A stretch of 64,000 nt of DNA from assembly GCA_028534125.1 (NCBI GenBank), contig CM052817.1, positions 78,990,001 through 79,054,000 on the forward strand. The letters are read 5' to 3'. The position numbers were made by a program, and so were the translations under genes. The notes beneath the pieces are model-generated. The model did not search any database, was not told the DNA's origin, and was given only the letters and a program-made list of their open reading frames with translations. Origin of the DNA: Lama glama (Eukaryota). Below are positions 12,410-24,774 of the stretch, piece after piece; position 1 is the first letter of the stretch, and the number at the start of each line of letters is the position of its first letter.

Positions 12410-12849
12410 AAAAGAAAGAGAGTGACTTGAAACTTTTAAAATCTCTGTGTTCCAAGTCAGAAAAAAAAGTTTTTATGAGGTTATCAGCACTTTTCCTTCA
12501 TTACAGGGAAAGAGTGAGGAAAGTACCATACAGCAGTAATTTCAACTTTAAAAAGACAGGTCTGAGTGCCTGGACTTTCTTTTTCATTTTACAACATCCT
12601 CAAAGAAGTTCAATCACTTAGGATGCCTACTTCACTCCTTTTAAGAGAAAGAGTAAGTTGAAAAAAATTTTACCTATTTGTTTCTTCTCTATAAGTAAAA
12701 TTTTTCTTCAGTTTTAAAATGGATTAAATGTAACTTTCCTATGATACTGTAAATGGAATGATGAACTTGAAAGGGTTTCTATAGTCATAGTTAAATTGAA
12801 TGTTTAGTTTTTTAATTGTTAAAACTTTCTATAAATAATGAAACAGCAA
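12410..12849 (+). other. Non-repeat AU-rich insert (5' part); probable retrocopied 3'UTR or orphan 3' transduction
   Basis: It interrupts a contiguous L1 ORF2. After the nested L1 it continues at about 15264-15321, ending AATAAA(15291)-gcactagtttact-G12. Confidence 0.55.
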
Positions 12850-15249
12850 TGGAATTTATCCCAGGTATGCAAGGATCTTTCAGTATCCACAAATCAATAT
12901 GATACATCACATTAACAAACTGAAGAGTAAAAACCATCTGATCATCTCGATAGATGCAGATAAAGCTCTTGGTAAAATTCAACATACATTTATGAGAAAA
13001 ACTCTCCAGAAAGCGGGCATAGAGTGAACATACTTCAACATAATAAAGGCCATATATGACAAACACGCAGCTAACATCATACATCATACTCAACAGTGAA
13101 AAACTAAAAGCATTTCCTCTAAGATGAGGGAAAGACAAGGACACTCACTCTCACCACTTTTATTTAACATAGTTTTGGAAGTCCCAGCCACAACAATCAG
13201 AGAAGAAAAGGAAATAAAAGGAATTCAAATTGGAAAAGAAGTAAAACTATCACTGTTTACAGATAACATACCATACACAGAAAATTTTAAAGGTACCACC
13301 AGAAAACCAGTAAAGTTCATCAATGAATTCAGTAAAGTTGCAGGATACAAAAGTAATAACCAGAAATCTGTTGCAGTTCACACACTAACAATGAAATATC
13401 AGAAAGAGAAAGTAAGGAACAATCCCATTTACCATCACATCAAAAAGAATAAAATACCTAGGAATAAACCTACATAACAAGGTAAAAGACCTGTACTTGG
13501 AAAATTATAAACATTAATGAAAGAAACTGAAGATAACACAAACATATGGAACCATATACCATGTTCTTAGATTGGAAGAATCAATATTGTTAAAATAACC
13601 ATACTACCAAAGGCAATCTAAGATTCAATGCAACCCCTATCAAATTACTAGTGGCATATTTCACAGAACTAGAACAAAAATTTTATAAATTTGTATGGAA
13701 ACACAAAATACCTCAAATAGCCAAAACAATCTTGAGAAAGAAGAACAAAGCTGGAGGAATCATGCTCCCTGACTTCAGACTACACTACAAAGCCACACAG
13801 TAATCACAACAGTATGGTACCGGCACAAAAATAGACACATAGATCAATGGAACAGGATAGAAAGCCCAGAAATAAACATATGCACTTATGGTCAATTAAT
13901 CCATGACAAAGGAGGCAAGAATATACAACGGAGAAAAGACAGTCTCTTCAATAAGTGGTGCTGGGAAAACTAAACAGCCACATGCAAAAGAATGAAATTA
14001 GAACATTATCTAACACCATAGCCAAAAATAAACTCAAAGTGGATTAAAGACCTAAATGTAAGACTAGATACTATAAAACTCCTAGAGGAAAACATAGACA
14101 GAACACTCTTTAACATAAATCACAGCACTATTTTTTTTGGATTTGCTTCCTAGAGTAATGGAAGCAAAAGCAAAAATAAACAAATGGGACCTAATTAAAC
14201 TTAAAAGCATTTGCACAGCCATAAACAAAGAAACCATAAACAAAACAAAAAGACAACCTATTGAAAAGGAGAAGACTTTTGCGAATGATGTTCCTGATAA
14301 GGGGTTAATATCTAAAACAGAAAGAACTCATGGAACTCAATAGCAAAAACACAATCCAATTAGAAAACAGAGGACCAGAACAGACATTATTCCAAAGAGG
14401 ACATACAAACAGCAAAGAGGTACATGAAAAATGCTCAACATCATATCACTATTCACGAGGGAAATGCAAATCCAAACCACAATGAGATATCACCTCACAT
14501 CTGTCAGAATGGCTGTTATCACAAAGGCTGGAAATAACAAGTGGCAAGGATGTGGAGAAAAGGGAACCCTCGTGCACTGTTGGTGGGAAAGTAAGTTAGT
14601 GTAGCCAGAAAACGGTTTGGAGGTTCCTCAGAAAATTTAAAATGTAACTACCATATGATCCAGCAATTCCTCTCCTGGGTATTTATCCAAAGAAAGCAAG
14701 AACACTATTTAGAAACGATATATACACCCTAAAGTTCATAGCAACATTATTCACAATACTCAAGATATGGAAGCAGCCTAAGTGTCCATCAACAGATGAA
14801 TGGATAAAAAAGATTGGAGAGAGAGAGAGAGATCTAAGAATAAAAAAAGAATAAATTTTTTCCATTTGTGACAACATGGATGGACCTAGAAAGTACTATA
14901 CTTAGTGAAATAAGATAAAGAAAGACAAATACTACATGTTTTCTCTTATATGTAGAATCTAAAAATTAAGACAAATAAATAAATATAATAAAACAAAAAC
15001 AGAATCACAGATACAGAGAACAAACTGGTGGTTACCAGAAGAAAGAGGGGTAGAGGGAAGGGCAAAATAGGTGAAAGGGATTAAGAGGCACAAATTACAA
15101 GGATGTAATGTACAGCACAGGGAATATAATCAATATTTTTAAATATTGTAACTTTGTATGGAGTGTAATCTATAAAAATATCAAATTACTCTTTGTACAC
15201 CTGAAACTAATATAAAATTGTAATTCAACGATACTTCAATTTAAAAAAA
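12850..15249 (+). mobile_element. 5'-truncated L1 (RT region to 3' end)
   Basis: ORF 13124-13477, [17 protein letters not shown], is L1 RT. The 3'UTR is complete and ends tacttcaatttaaaaaaa. Degenerate TSD aataatgaaacagcaa / aataacataacaggcaa. Confidence 0.92.
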
Positions 15250-16961
15250 TAACATAACAGGCAAAATAAGATTCAAACCTTTCCAATTAGAATAAAGCAC
15301 TAGTTTACTGGGGGGGGGGGGTGCTCCCAACAAAGAAAAGCCTAGGACCAGATGCCTTTATAGATGAATTCTAAGAAACAGTTAATGAATTACTACAAAT
15401 CCTTCTTAAACTCTTCAAAAAAATATAAGAAGAGGGAACAATTCCAAACTCATTCTGTGAGGCCAGCATCCAGACAAAACACTGCAAGATGAAAAAAAAA
15501 ACTATAGGACAATATCCCTAACAAACACAGATGTAAAAATCCTCAATAAAATATTAGCAGGCAAACTACAAAAGCATATAAAAGAATCATACACCATGGT
15601 TAAGTAAGATTTATCCTTGGGATGAATAAATGGTTTAACATATGCAAAATAATCAGTGAATATATCATATCCACAGAATAAAGGATAAAATCACATGATC
15701 ATCTCAATAGATGCAGAAAAAGCATTTGATAAAATTCAACACTCTTTCACAATAAAAACTCTCCTCAAATTAGGTGTAGAAGAAACTTACCTTGACCCAA
15801 TAAAAGCTGTTTACAGAAAGCCCACAGAGAACAGCATATTCAACAGTGAAAACCTGAATGCCTTTCCTCTAGATCCAAAACAAGGCAAGAAAACACTGTC
15901 ACCACTTCTATTCAATATAGTACTAGAGCAACTATTCAGAGGAAGTAGGCAAGTAAAAGAAACAAAAGGCATTCAAATCAGAAAAGAGAAGTAAATTGTT
16001 TTGTTTGTAGGTAACATGATTTTTTATGCAGGAAATCCACCAAAAAAACTGTTAGAACTAGTAAGCAAACTCATTAAAGTTGCAGGATGCAAAATCAACA
16101 TACCAAAAAATCACCTATGTTTCTATATATTAACGAAGACCTATTCCAAAAGGAAATTTTAAAAATAATCCAATCTACAATCAAATAAAAAAAATACTTA
16201 GGAATAAATTTAACCAATAAGGTGAAAGACTTGTACATTGAAAACTATAAAACATTAACAAAAGAAATTTTTAAAAGACACAGATAAATGAAAGGATATC
16301 CCATGACCATGGACTGGAAGAACTCATACTGTTAAAATATCGACGTTTCCCAAAGCAATATATAGATTGAAACCCAATGTTTTAAATAAATAGAAAAAGC
16401 AACCCTAAAATTCATTTGGAACCACCAAGAACTCCAAATAGTGAAAGCTTTTGAGCAAAAAATACAAAGCTGGAGATATCACAATCCTTGATTTCAAAAC
16501 ATATTACAAAGCTACAGTAATCAAAGAAGTAGGACATTGGCATAAAGCTGATATATAGACAAATGGAACAAAAAAGCCTAGAAATAAACCCATGAATATA
16601 CTGCCAACTGATCTTACATAAGGATGCCAAGAATATATGATAAGGTAATAACAGTCTCTTCAATAAATGGTACTTTGGAAACTGGATATCCACCCCCAAA
16701 AGAATGAAACTGGACCCTTATCTTCCACCATATATATAAAAATCAACTCAAAAGAAATCAAAGACTTAAACATAAAAAAATGAAACAATAAAATCCTTAG
16801 AAAAAAATCTAGACATCACACTGGGCCGTGATTTGTTGACTATAATATCAAAAGCACGAGCAACTAAACCAAAAACAGACAAGTGGGATTACATGAGACT
16901 AGAAAGCTTCTGTACAGCAAAGGAACTAATAACTAGCAAAACAAAAAGACAACCTACAGAA

Positions 16962-17301
16962 TGGGACATTCTGGTTGTGTCTACGTTTTGGCAATTATGC
17001 ATAAAGCTGCTATAAACGTCTGTGTGTGGGTTTTTCCGTAGATAGAAGTTTTCAGCTCCTTTGGGTAAATACCAATGAGTACTATTCTCAGATTGTATGG
17101 TAAGAGTAAGTTTAGTTTTATAAGAAACTGCCAAAACGTCTTCCAAAGTAGCTATACAATTATGTATTCCCACCAGCAATGAATGAGGACTCCTCCACAC
17201 CCCCAACAGCTTTTGACTGTCAGTATTTAGGATTTTGTCATTCTAATAGGTTTATAACAGTTTCTTGTTTGTTTAATTTGCAATTCCCTACTGACATATG
17301 A
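16962..17301 (-). mobile_element. Old L1 ORF2 C-terminal fragment, reverse orientation
   Basis: The motifs aagaaactgccaaaacgtcttccaaagtagc and attcccaccagcaatgaatgag are minus-strand L1M sequence. Confidence 0.85.
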
Positions 17302-17614
17302 TTCTTTTAAACTTTTAAATTTTGAACTTTTAAAGTTCAAAAATAAGCCAAACTAAATATCTTTTTTGAAAAATATGATTAAAATTAAGCATAAGTATCT
17401 GTGAGTGTATCTTAGCAAGGACACAAGGAAGTTAAGTTTCCTGATCCAGCAATCCCATTTTCCCTGACTTCCGTAAAAGAAAGGAAACTTGGAGCAAATT
17501 TTTGCTGCACTACCTCATAGTCTAAATTACAAAACATGTCCATAAAAAAAAATACAGGTGATTGTTGAAGCCTAACTATCACCTAAAAGGTCATAGAAGT
17601 TAACTATGTATACA

Positions 17615-17720
17615 GTATCACCAATTTTATAGGTGAGGAAAACTGAACTTCACAGTTTAAGAGATTTTTCCAAGACCACCCACAAATGGATAGAGTCGTA
17701 ATTAAGAGTGAGAGCTCTGA
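17615..17720 (-). mobile_element. MIR SINE core fragment
   Basis: ccaattttataggtgaggaaactga matches the MIR core. Confidence 0.7.
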
Positions 17721-17889
17721 TTAAATCCTAACATCATACTTGAGCTTAAGTTACTTGTTTCAACAAATTTAATGGTGATCTTTGAAAAGACCAACCCTGA
17801 AAAGCTGTTGACTCAATAATCTATTTGGTTATTATCCACACTCTCATCTTTCTTCATCGTCTTCAGCAAGACAAGAGGAAAGAACACCA

Positions 17890-18015
17890 GACATGGAGCT
17901 GGGAGCTCAGGGCAGAAAGCCTTCATCTACCCTTGTCTATGTGTCTTCAAGCAAGTCACTTACCCTCCTCGAACCTCAATTTCCTTGCTTTTAAAATGTG
18001 AAAATAGTATTTAGT
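17890..18015 (+). mobile_element. MIR SINE fragment
   Basis: gcaagtcacttaccctcctcgaacctcaatttcctt...taaaatg matches the MIR core. Confidence 0.75.
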
Positions 18016-18989
18016 CTTTTAAAAAATACTTAATGTCTAAGGCACCCCTTAAGTGCCTTAAATATTTCCTAAATCACTCTTAATAAGGACCCTAAGATAA
18101 ATTAAGCAAAAAATATTTTGTAAACTAATATACAGTATACAAAAAATGATAATTTAAAACGAAGTCAAGGGTCAAATCACACTGTTTTCTCTACCTGGCA
18201 CGAGTCACCATGCTGCCTTTGTGTTGATAAATATATGCCAGTTAACAGTGGCTGATTAAGTCCTCTACTAAAACAAAAACCTCTTAATCAAGAAAATCTG
18301 AAGTAACTTTTCTAAAATGGAAGGCAGGGAATATAAACCAGGATGGACAATCTCTAGATTCTGACTCCAACTGTCATGTCCTTCTGCATGACATTGTTAA
18401 TATTCAAATAACATTAAAAGAAGATGGTTAATTTTATTAAAAAGTGAAAAGCATTTCACCTCCTACAACTGTAACATTATTTTAAGTCTCAATATCACTC
18501 CTGAAAATGTTCAGTTTTGAATACTGCAATATACAAAATGTCAAGCCAAGACATTGTCTAAGAAACAACATATTAAATCTTTTATTTAAAATACTTGCAA
18601 GAGATATTTTTTGTTTAAAATTCTTGCAAAGGATGACCCATTTTTTTTTAATGTCCTAGCTACCATTCTTATAGGTCAGAGGACCAAAAAAAGATGAATT
18701 GAAACATTTGATAAATATCAAGGAAACCGCTAAAAGTTAAATTGATATTGCTGGTTAATTTAATTCCTGCTTATCTTGGACAGAAGGGTTGGGGGAATAG
18801 GAGTGAAGTCTTTATGATCTTCAGTTGTCCAGGACTTAGAACTTCTGGGGTGAAAAATCATCAAAGATTACTGCAACCTCCTCTAAGAGAGGAAAATATT
18901 AAAGGAAATAAAATGACACAAGAGGCTAAACAGCCATTAATTTTAAATCCTGGGACTTGTTCTTGGCAGAAAGATCAAGTAACCATGAA

Positions 18990-19390
18990 CGGCCATTTGG
19001 TTTTTCTCCCACAGTCTCAGAAATCTGTTGTTCACCTGGAGACATGACCACATACTCCAACAACCCTTGCAACTAGATGTGGCCAAATGACAAATTTTGG
19101 CCAATGGTATATGAGTAGAAGTAATGAGTACAACTTCCATGGTATGCCCTTAAAGAAAGGAGTATACTCTTTTCCCACTTTTTCCTCTTCCCTCTAGTGG
19201 AACTGGAGATGTGGTGATGCCCCATCTTGGACCACACCCTAGACATGGTTGGAGCAACAAGGTGGAAGGAAGTGCGATCTTCACTACTCTAAAGGCAGCA
19301 CAGCCATACTAACTCAAGTCAAGAAACAAACTTCAAGGTTATTTCAGCAGCTGTAAATCAGGGTCAATGGCACAGCAGCCAAGTCCACAA
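18990..19390 (+). mobile_element. Old ERVL solo LTR (LTR16-like)
   Basis: Signature cccttgcaactagatgtggccaaatgac...tggccaatgg...tagaagt and gccccatcttggacca...ggagcaacaag. Confidence 0.6.
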
Positions 19391-20359
19391 TTCATTCCTC
19401 TGGCCTGTCTCTGTTCACGTCTGAGATGACTAAATAGGAGAATAACAGATCATTATTATATATTACTTTATGAACTATATTTAAAAGTTTAAAAATCACT
19501 ATGCACTATCTCGACATGTGATATGGGCACCTTCTCAAGACAAAACTATCACCTCTTTAATGACCCATAAGGATAGTGCTACCGAAGGTGGAAGGAGATG
19601 GCAGCAACATTTAGCATATGAAGGTAAAGCAAACATGATTATTTGAGTCATCTCATTTTTTAAAAAATAAAAATGTTAAAGGGAAAGATTTGTTTGAGTA
19701 AGCAATGAAAGAGGATGTGTGTTATTGGCTTGCTTGCTAAATTTTCAAAAACTGGTAACAGAGAGATTACCTCTGAGGCAGAGAAAGGTTTCAAGCAGTT
19801 GATAAAGTAGGCTGACCCATCAAAATACCATTAAATTATACTATCAAAGGTGGTACGAAATATGGAACATCAATCTAAAAACAAACTTTAAATTTGTCAA
19901 TTGCTTTGCAACTACAATACGCTGACTTACAATAATCTATACACATATGCTTGGCAATCGTTTCACAGAGGAGTCTGCTGCTACTATAGGCTTAGCAGCC
20001 AGAAATTGGTACAAGACAGCTGGCTGTACCCATTATCACCAAGTCTTTGACAAGCTCTGTCTTTCATCAGCAATCCTGGATTCAGCCAGACTTGGCTCTG
20101 CCTGTCATATTTGCCTGACTAATGGCCTTGAAATGTTGTCCCCCTTGAACAGTACAATATAAAACTGAAAGTGTTCTACCATTGTTATTTCACCGTCACC
20201 AGCCTAATCTTAAAGGATTTGATCAGACCATAGTCATGTCACAGAAGGTAGAAGGAGAGAAAAGGAAAACTAATGGTTATTAAGTAACTTTTCTGTTTCA
20301 GGCTTTGTGTAAATATATGTAGATACACATGTATTTGTATATGTATTTATAAGCATATA

Positions 20360-21257
20360 AAGACCTAAGCAAGCAATTCTCCAACGAAGAAATACAAATA
20401 ATCAATAGACACATGAAAAAATGCTCAATATCACTAATTATCAGAGAAATGCAAATCAAAACTACAATGAGGTATCACCTCACAACAGTCAGAATGGCCA
20501 TCATTCAAAAGTCCACAAATGACAAATGCTGGAGAGGCTGTGGAGAAAGGGGAACCCTCCGACACTGCAGGTGGGAATGCAGTTTGGTGCAGCCACTGTG
20601 GAAAACAGTATGGAGATTCCTCAAAAGACTAGGAATAGACTTACCAGATGACCCAGGAATCCCACTCCTGGGCATATATCCAGAAAGTACCCTACTTCAA
20701 AATGACACCTGCACCCCAATGTTCATAGCAGCACTGTTTACAATAGCCAAGACATGGAAACAGCCTAAATGTCCATCAACAGATGACTGGATAAAGAAGA
20801 AGTGGTATATTTATACAATGGAATACTATTCAGCCATAAAAACTGACAATGTAATGCCATTTGTGGCAACATGGATGTTTCTGGAGAATGTCATTCTAAG
20901 TGAAGTAAACCAGAAATAAAAATACCATATGAGATCACTCATATGTAGAATCTAAAAAAAAAAAAAAACCATAAATACAAAACAGAAACAGACTCACAGA
21001 CATAGAATACAAACTCATGGTAGCCAAGGGGGCGGGGGGTGGGAAGAGACAGACTGGGATTTCAAAACGTAGAATAGATAAACAAGATTATACTGTATAG
21101 CACAGGGAAATATATTCAAGATCTTGCGGTAGCTCACAGTGGAAAAAAAAGTGTGACAATGAATATATGTATGTTCATGTATAACTGGAAAACTGTGCTC
21201 TACACTGGAATTTGACACAACATTGTAAAATGACTATTACTCTCAATAAAAAATAAA
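20360..21257 (+). mobile_element. Young 5'-truncated L1 (ORF2 C-terminus plus 3'UTR)
   Basis: ORF 20413-20919 ([12 protein letters not shown]...[15 protein letters not shown]...[22 protein letters not shown]) is the ORF2p Cys-rich C-terminus. AATAAA and an A-tail follow. Confidence 0.95.
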
Positions 21258-21347
21258 CTACATACACAGAGTAAAGAATAAAAATTAAATAACACTCATG
21301 GACACACTACCTAAAATAAGAAGACATTACAAACATGATGACATAGC

Positions 21348-21840
21348 TGAGATCATTTAAAAATCGAAGTTTTATAACGTGGTTCAAGCATCCAAAATGG
21401 AGCCAGGTGGCCACTGTGAGACCCTGATTTCAGACTTCTTCCTGCATCACTGAGAACTTGAATTTTCTGAATTGTATCAAGCTCAAGGACACCACTAGCT
21501 GTTTTCAAAACAGTATTTGTTAGAAGCTGCTACCTGCAACCTGGTAGTTTCAAAGTCCCCCCTAAACTTGCATCTGTGTAATTATTTCAAACCCAAACCA
21601 ATCTTTACTTAGCAAGCACTCTTACTTCTTGCCAGCTCCAATCTTAATTCTTGACAAACAATTTATATAACCTTGTGGTTTCGGCTTTATAAGTTTCCCA
21701 CATTTTGTGGTATAGCAGAGCACAATTCAAAAGCTTCTTGAATCTATGTCTCCTGGGCTTCAGTCCTAAAAAACCCCAAATAAATGCCTCTTTATTTCAA
21801 TCAGGTCTCCTCTCTTGGAATTCTTGCTTAATAAGTGTCA
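21348..21840 (+). mobile_element. Old ERV1-class solo LTR
   Basis: aaaatggagcc near the start, a CCAAT box, TATAA, cttcttgaatc...cctgggc..cagtcct...AATAAA, and a ...tgtca end. The 5' boundary is approximate. Confidence 0.6.
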
Positions 21841-21849
21841 GAAATCTCC

Positions 21850-23690
21850 CGTACAACCCTCTCAATCGTATCTTCATCCTTCCCTTCCAGAGATAACAGT
21901 TCTGTGCAGTTATGTGTTAATCACATCCTTGCTTTTCTATATATACCACTTGTGTATCTAATAAAATCAACATCACCTTTGAAATTTACTCTTGTTGTGT
22001 GTAGTTGTGATCATTTTCATGAATGTCTAGTATTCCACTGTGTGATATACCACAATTTACCCATTCTGTTACTTTCATTTTTTCACCATTATATACAATG
22101 ATACTATGGACACTCTTGTTTATGTCTCCAGGTATACATGTTTATATAGAGTATACACCTAGAAGTTAAACACCTGGGTCATAGAGCTGGTGTGTATTTC
22201 ACTTTATTAGATAATGCCAGTTTTTTCCAAAGCCCTAGTTTAGAGTGCCATTGGCAGAGTATTTTTCTGTTGCTTCCAATATTCACCTACACTTGGAATT
22301 GTTAGACTCTAGCCAATATTAAAAGGATGAAATGGTATACCAATTTTGTTGTTTTGGATATCTTTGGTTATTAATAAAACTAACATCTTATCATACAGTT
22401 ATTACTCATTCACTTTTCTTCCCCTATGAAATATCTGTACATGTCTCGTGCAAGTTTTTAATATTTTTGCAAACATATATTCTGAATATCCTTTGATGGT
22501 TTAACGTGGTGCACTTATCTTTTCCCATTGTATGAATTGTTTCCTATTCTGTTTACGGTATATTTTGATAAACGGGTATTCCTAATTTTAACATAGCTAA
22601 ATTAATCAATTGTTTCTCATTTCTTCTGCACTTTTGTATCCTTTTCTGTGATATTCCTCCTTACCCTAAAGTCCTAAAGATACTCTTCTTGTATTTCCTT
22701 TTAAATGCTACACAGTTTTGCCTTCCATATTTTAGTTTTGCTCCCCTTGGAAGTCATTATTATATATTGTTAAGACGTAGAGAATCAATCAGAATCAATC
22801 AAGAATTTCCATAGAGATAACCAATTTTCCAAAAATTATGGGTAATCTTCCTAGTGCTTTACAAATACTGACTTTCTATTTATGCACCAGTCTGCTCTGG
22901 CCTCTCCATTTCTCCTGCCGTCTTCTTCCCTGCCCGCCCCACTTGATGGCCTGTCTGTCTACCCTTGTGTCTACACCAAACCACCTCAATGGCCATAGTT
23001 TTACATAAGACAAGGTACCTGGTAAAGCAAGTAGCCCTGACTTGGTTCTTTAGAGGTGTCTTGTTATTACTGGACCTTGGTACTCCACATAAATTTTAGA
23101 ATTCCAACTGGGATTAAGATTAGAATTGTACTGACTTTAAAGATCAATTTTATCTTGATATCATGGTTTTGATCATCACTGGGACATTTTCAAGTCATCT
23201 TGAAACACAGTTTCCACATATATTCCAGTTTCATGCTTTTTTCTTTCCAGGTTATTTAAGACACAGCATTTTCTTTGTGTTTCTGTAGGACATCTCCAGA
23301 AATTCTGTAAAACCCAGAATTAGTCATTCAGGTAACTATGGGATGATGGGAGGATTTTGTTTTGTTTTGTTTTGTTTGTACTCTAGTTGAATATTTTTAA
23401 TTAGAAAAAACTTACTATATTGCTTTTTAATATACTCATTTAAAAAGATTATTTACAGCTATATTCAATTTTGAAATTGTGAAATATTGAGTGTATGTCC
23501 CTCCATTTATTTGAGTCTTCTTGGCTCTTATTTACTACTTGTCAATAAGGCTTGCAATTTTCTCTATAGATACCAGGCACATTTTATGTTAGATTTATTC
23601 CTAGATATCCCACATATTTTTGTTGCCATTAAATGATAGGCTACTTTCATTTCCAAATGCTCATTGCTAGTGTTATGCTACAGTTTTTGT
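21850..23690 (-). mobile_element. Old L1 (L1ME-like) fragment, reverse orientation
   Basis: Degenerate minus-strand ORF2 and 3'UTR motifs (tagtattccactgtgtgatataccacaattta; gttagatttattcctag). Confidence 0.75.
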
Positions 23691-24278
23691 TTGTAATACC
23701 TGGCGTCTTTCAATCAGGTATATAAACACAACACAAAGAGATAGTCATGATTAATCAGTATTTTATGAATAAAAACCATGAGAACTAGAAAAGGAAGGAA
23801 AATAATGACTCTTGAGTCCTTAAAATCAGAGAGAAACAGAGAGAAGCAGGAGGGAAAGCAAGGAAAACAGTTCCCCCTAACTCCTGGGCTTATCCTTGCT
23901 CAGCACCCACCCGCCCACAACATAAGAAACGAGAATTCATCTTAATGTCTCCACAGTCTCCTATCCCCTGAGGCCTTCACTAATTTTACCAAAATACATG
24001 ATTTCTTAAAATAATATCAATTTGTAAGTTTGAAATTATTTCCAAATAAACAGTTAAAAGTAATAGTCAACTTTAGTGAAGAAAAGCATTGTTTGCGAGG
24101 AACTGTCAGCCCCCTAGAACACGTGAGTCCCTCAAATTATAAGCAGGACTGGCCCTCCTGGCCCTCTGCCCTGCCTCAGGTGGTCCCCTGCTCACACAGA
24201 AATAATTCTGGAATCCCACCTCAACAGGACTTTCCCCAGCACTGCTTTTGGAGCTTGTGAACTCTCCCTCCACAGTCT

Positions 24279-24774
24279 TGTAACCGAGCAGGTCCCTATG
24301 GGGCCTTCCCAGGACAGACCCCTCCCTCATGTCCTCTGCTGTGGCTCCTCTCTGAAGCACCTAGGTGATAGTACCTGATGCACACTTCCTGAGTTGTTTT
24401 GCAGATGCTAAAACCCCCACCAAATGGAAGAAATTAACCACCTGATGACCATGAGAAGAAGCCCGCAGACCTAATGGCCATTAAGGACTGATAACGTTAA
24501 CCCCTGTGACACCACCCTGGTACCTCACCTTCAACCAATCAGAGAATTGTGTGGAAAGTGATCACATACCCTGTGACTCCTCCTCCCTCATCTGGCCTTT
24601 AAAAATGCTTTGCTGAAACCCATTGGGGAGTTCGGGCTTTTTGAGCACTAGGTGTCCCAGACACCTTGTCCAGTGCCTTACAGTAAATGCTGCCATTTCC
24701 TTGACCACAATCCTGTGTCACTAGACTGGCTTTACTGCGTGTGGGTGAGAGGACCCAAGTTTGGTTCGGTAACA
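24279..24774 (+). mobile_element. Complete ERV1-class solo LTR (496 bp)
   Basis: Inverted termini TGTAACCGA...TCGGTAACA and a perfect 4-bp TSD GTCT (24275-24278, 24775-24778). Contains CCAAT, a TTTAAAA box and AGTAAA. Confidence 0.92.

Larger units (their letters stand above)
12321..16965 (+). mobile_element. L1 ORF2 fragment split by a composite insertion (12410-15322)
   Basis: gaaggtaatcaaaaagctc (to 12409) continues as ccaacaaagaaaagcctaggaccagatg (from 15327). ORF 15695-15994, [16 protein letters not shown], is an L1 RT motif. Confidence 0.88.

Noticed and set aside
20413..20919. 168-aa ORF (also 51095-51631, 49181-49657, 13124-13477, 15695-15994, 50603-51082) as host genes or an active RT system
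   Set aside because: All are fragments of L1 ORF2p within truncated or frameshifted elements. No intact ORF1/ORF2 pair exists in the window.
23235..23340. Plus-strand acceptor/donor cluster (ttctttccAG, tttctgtAG, CAG|GTAACT)
   Set aside because: It is embedded in T-rich antisense L1 context, where such motifs are common, and there is no supporting reading frame.
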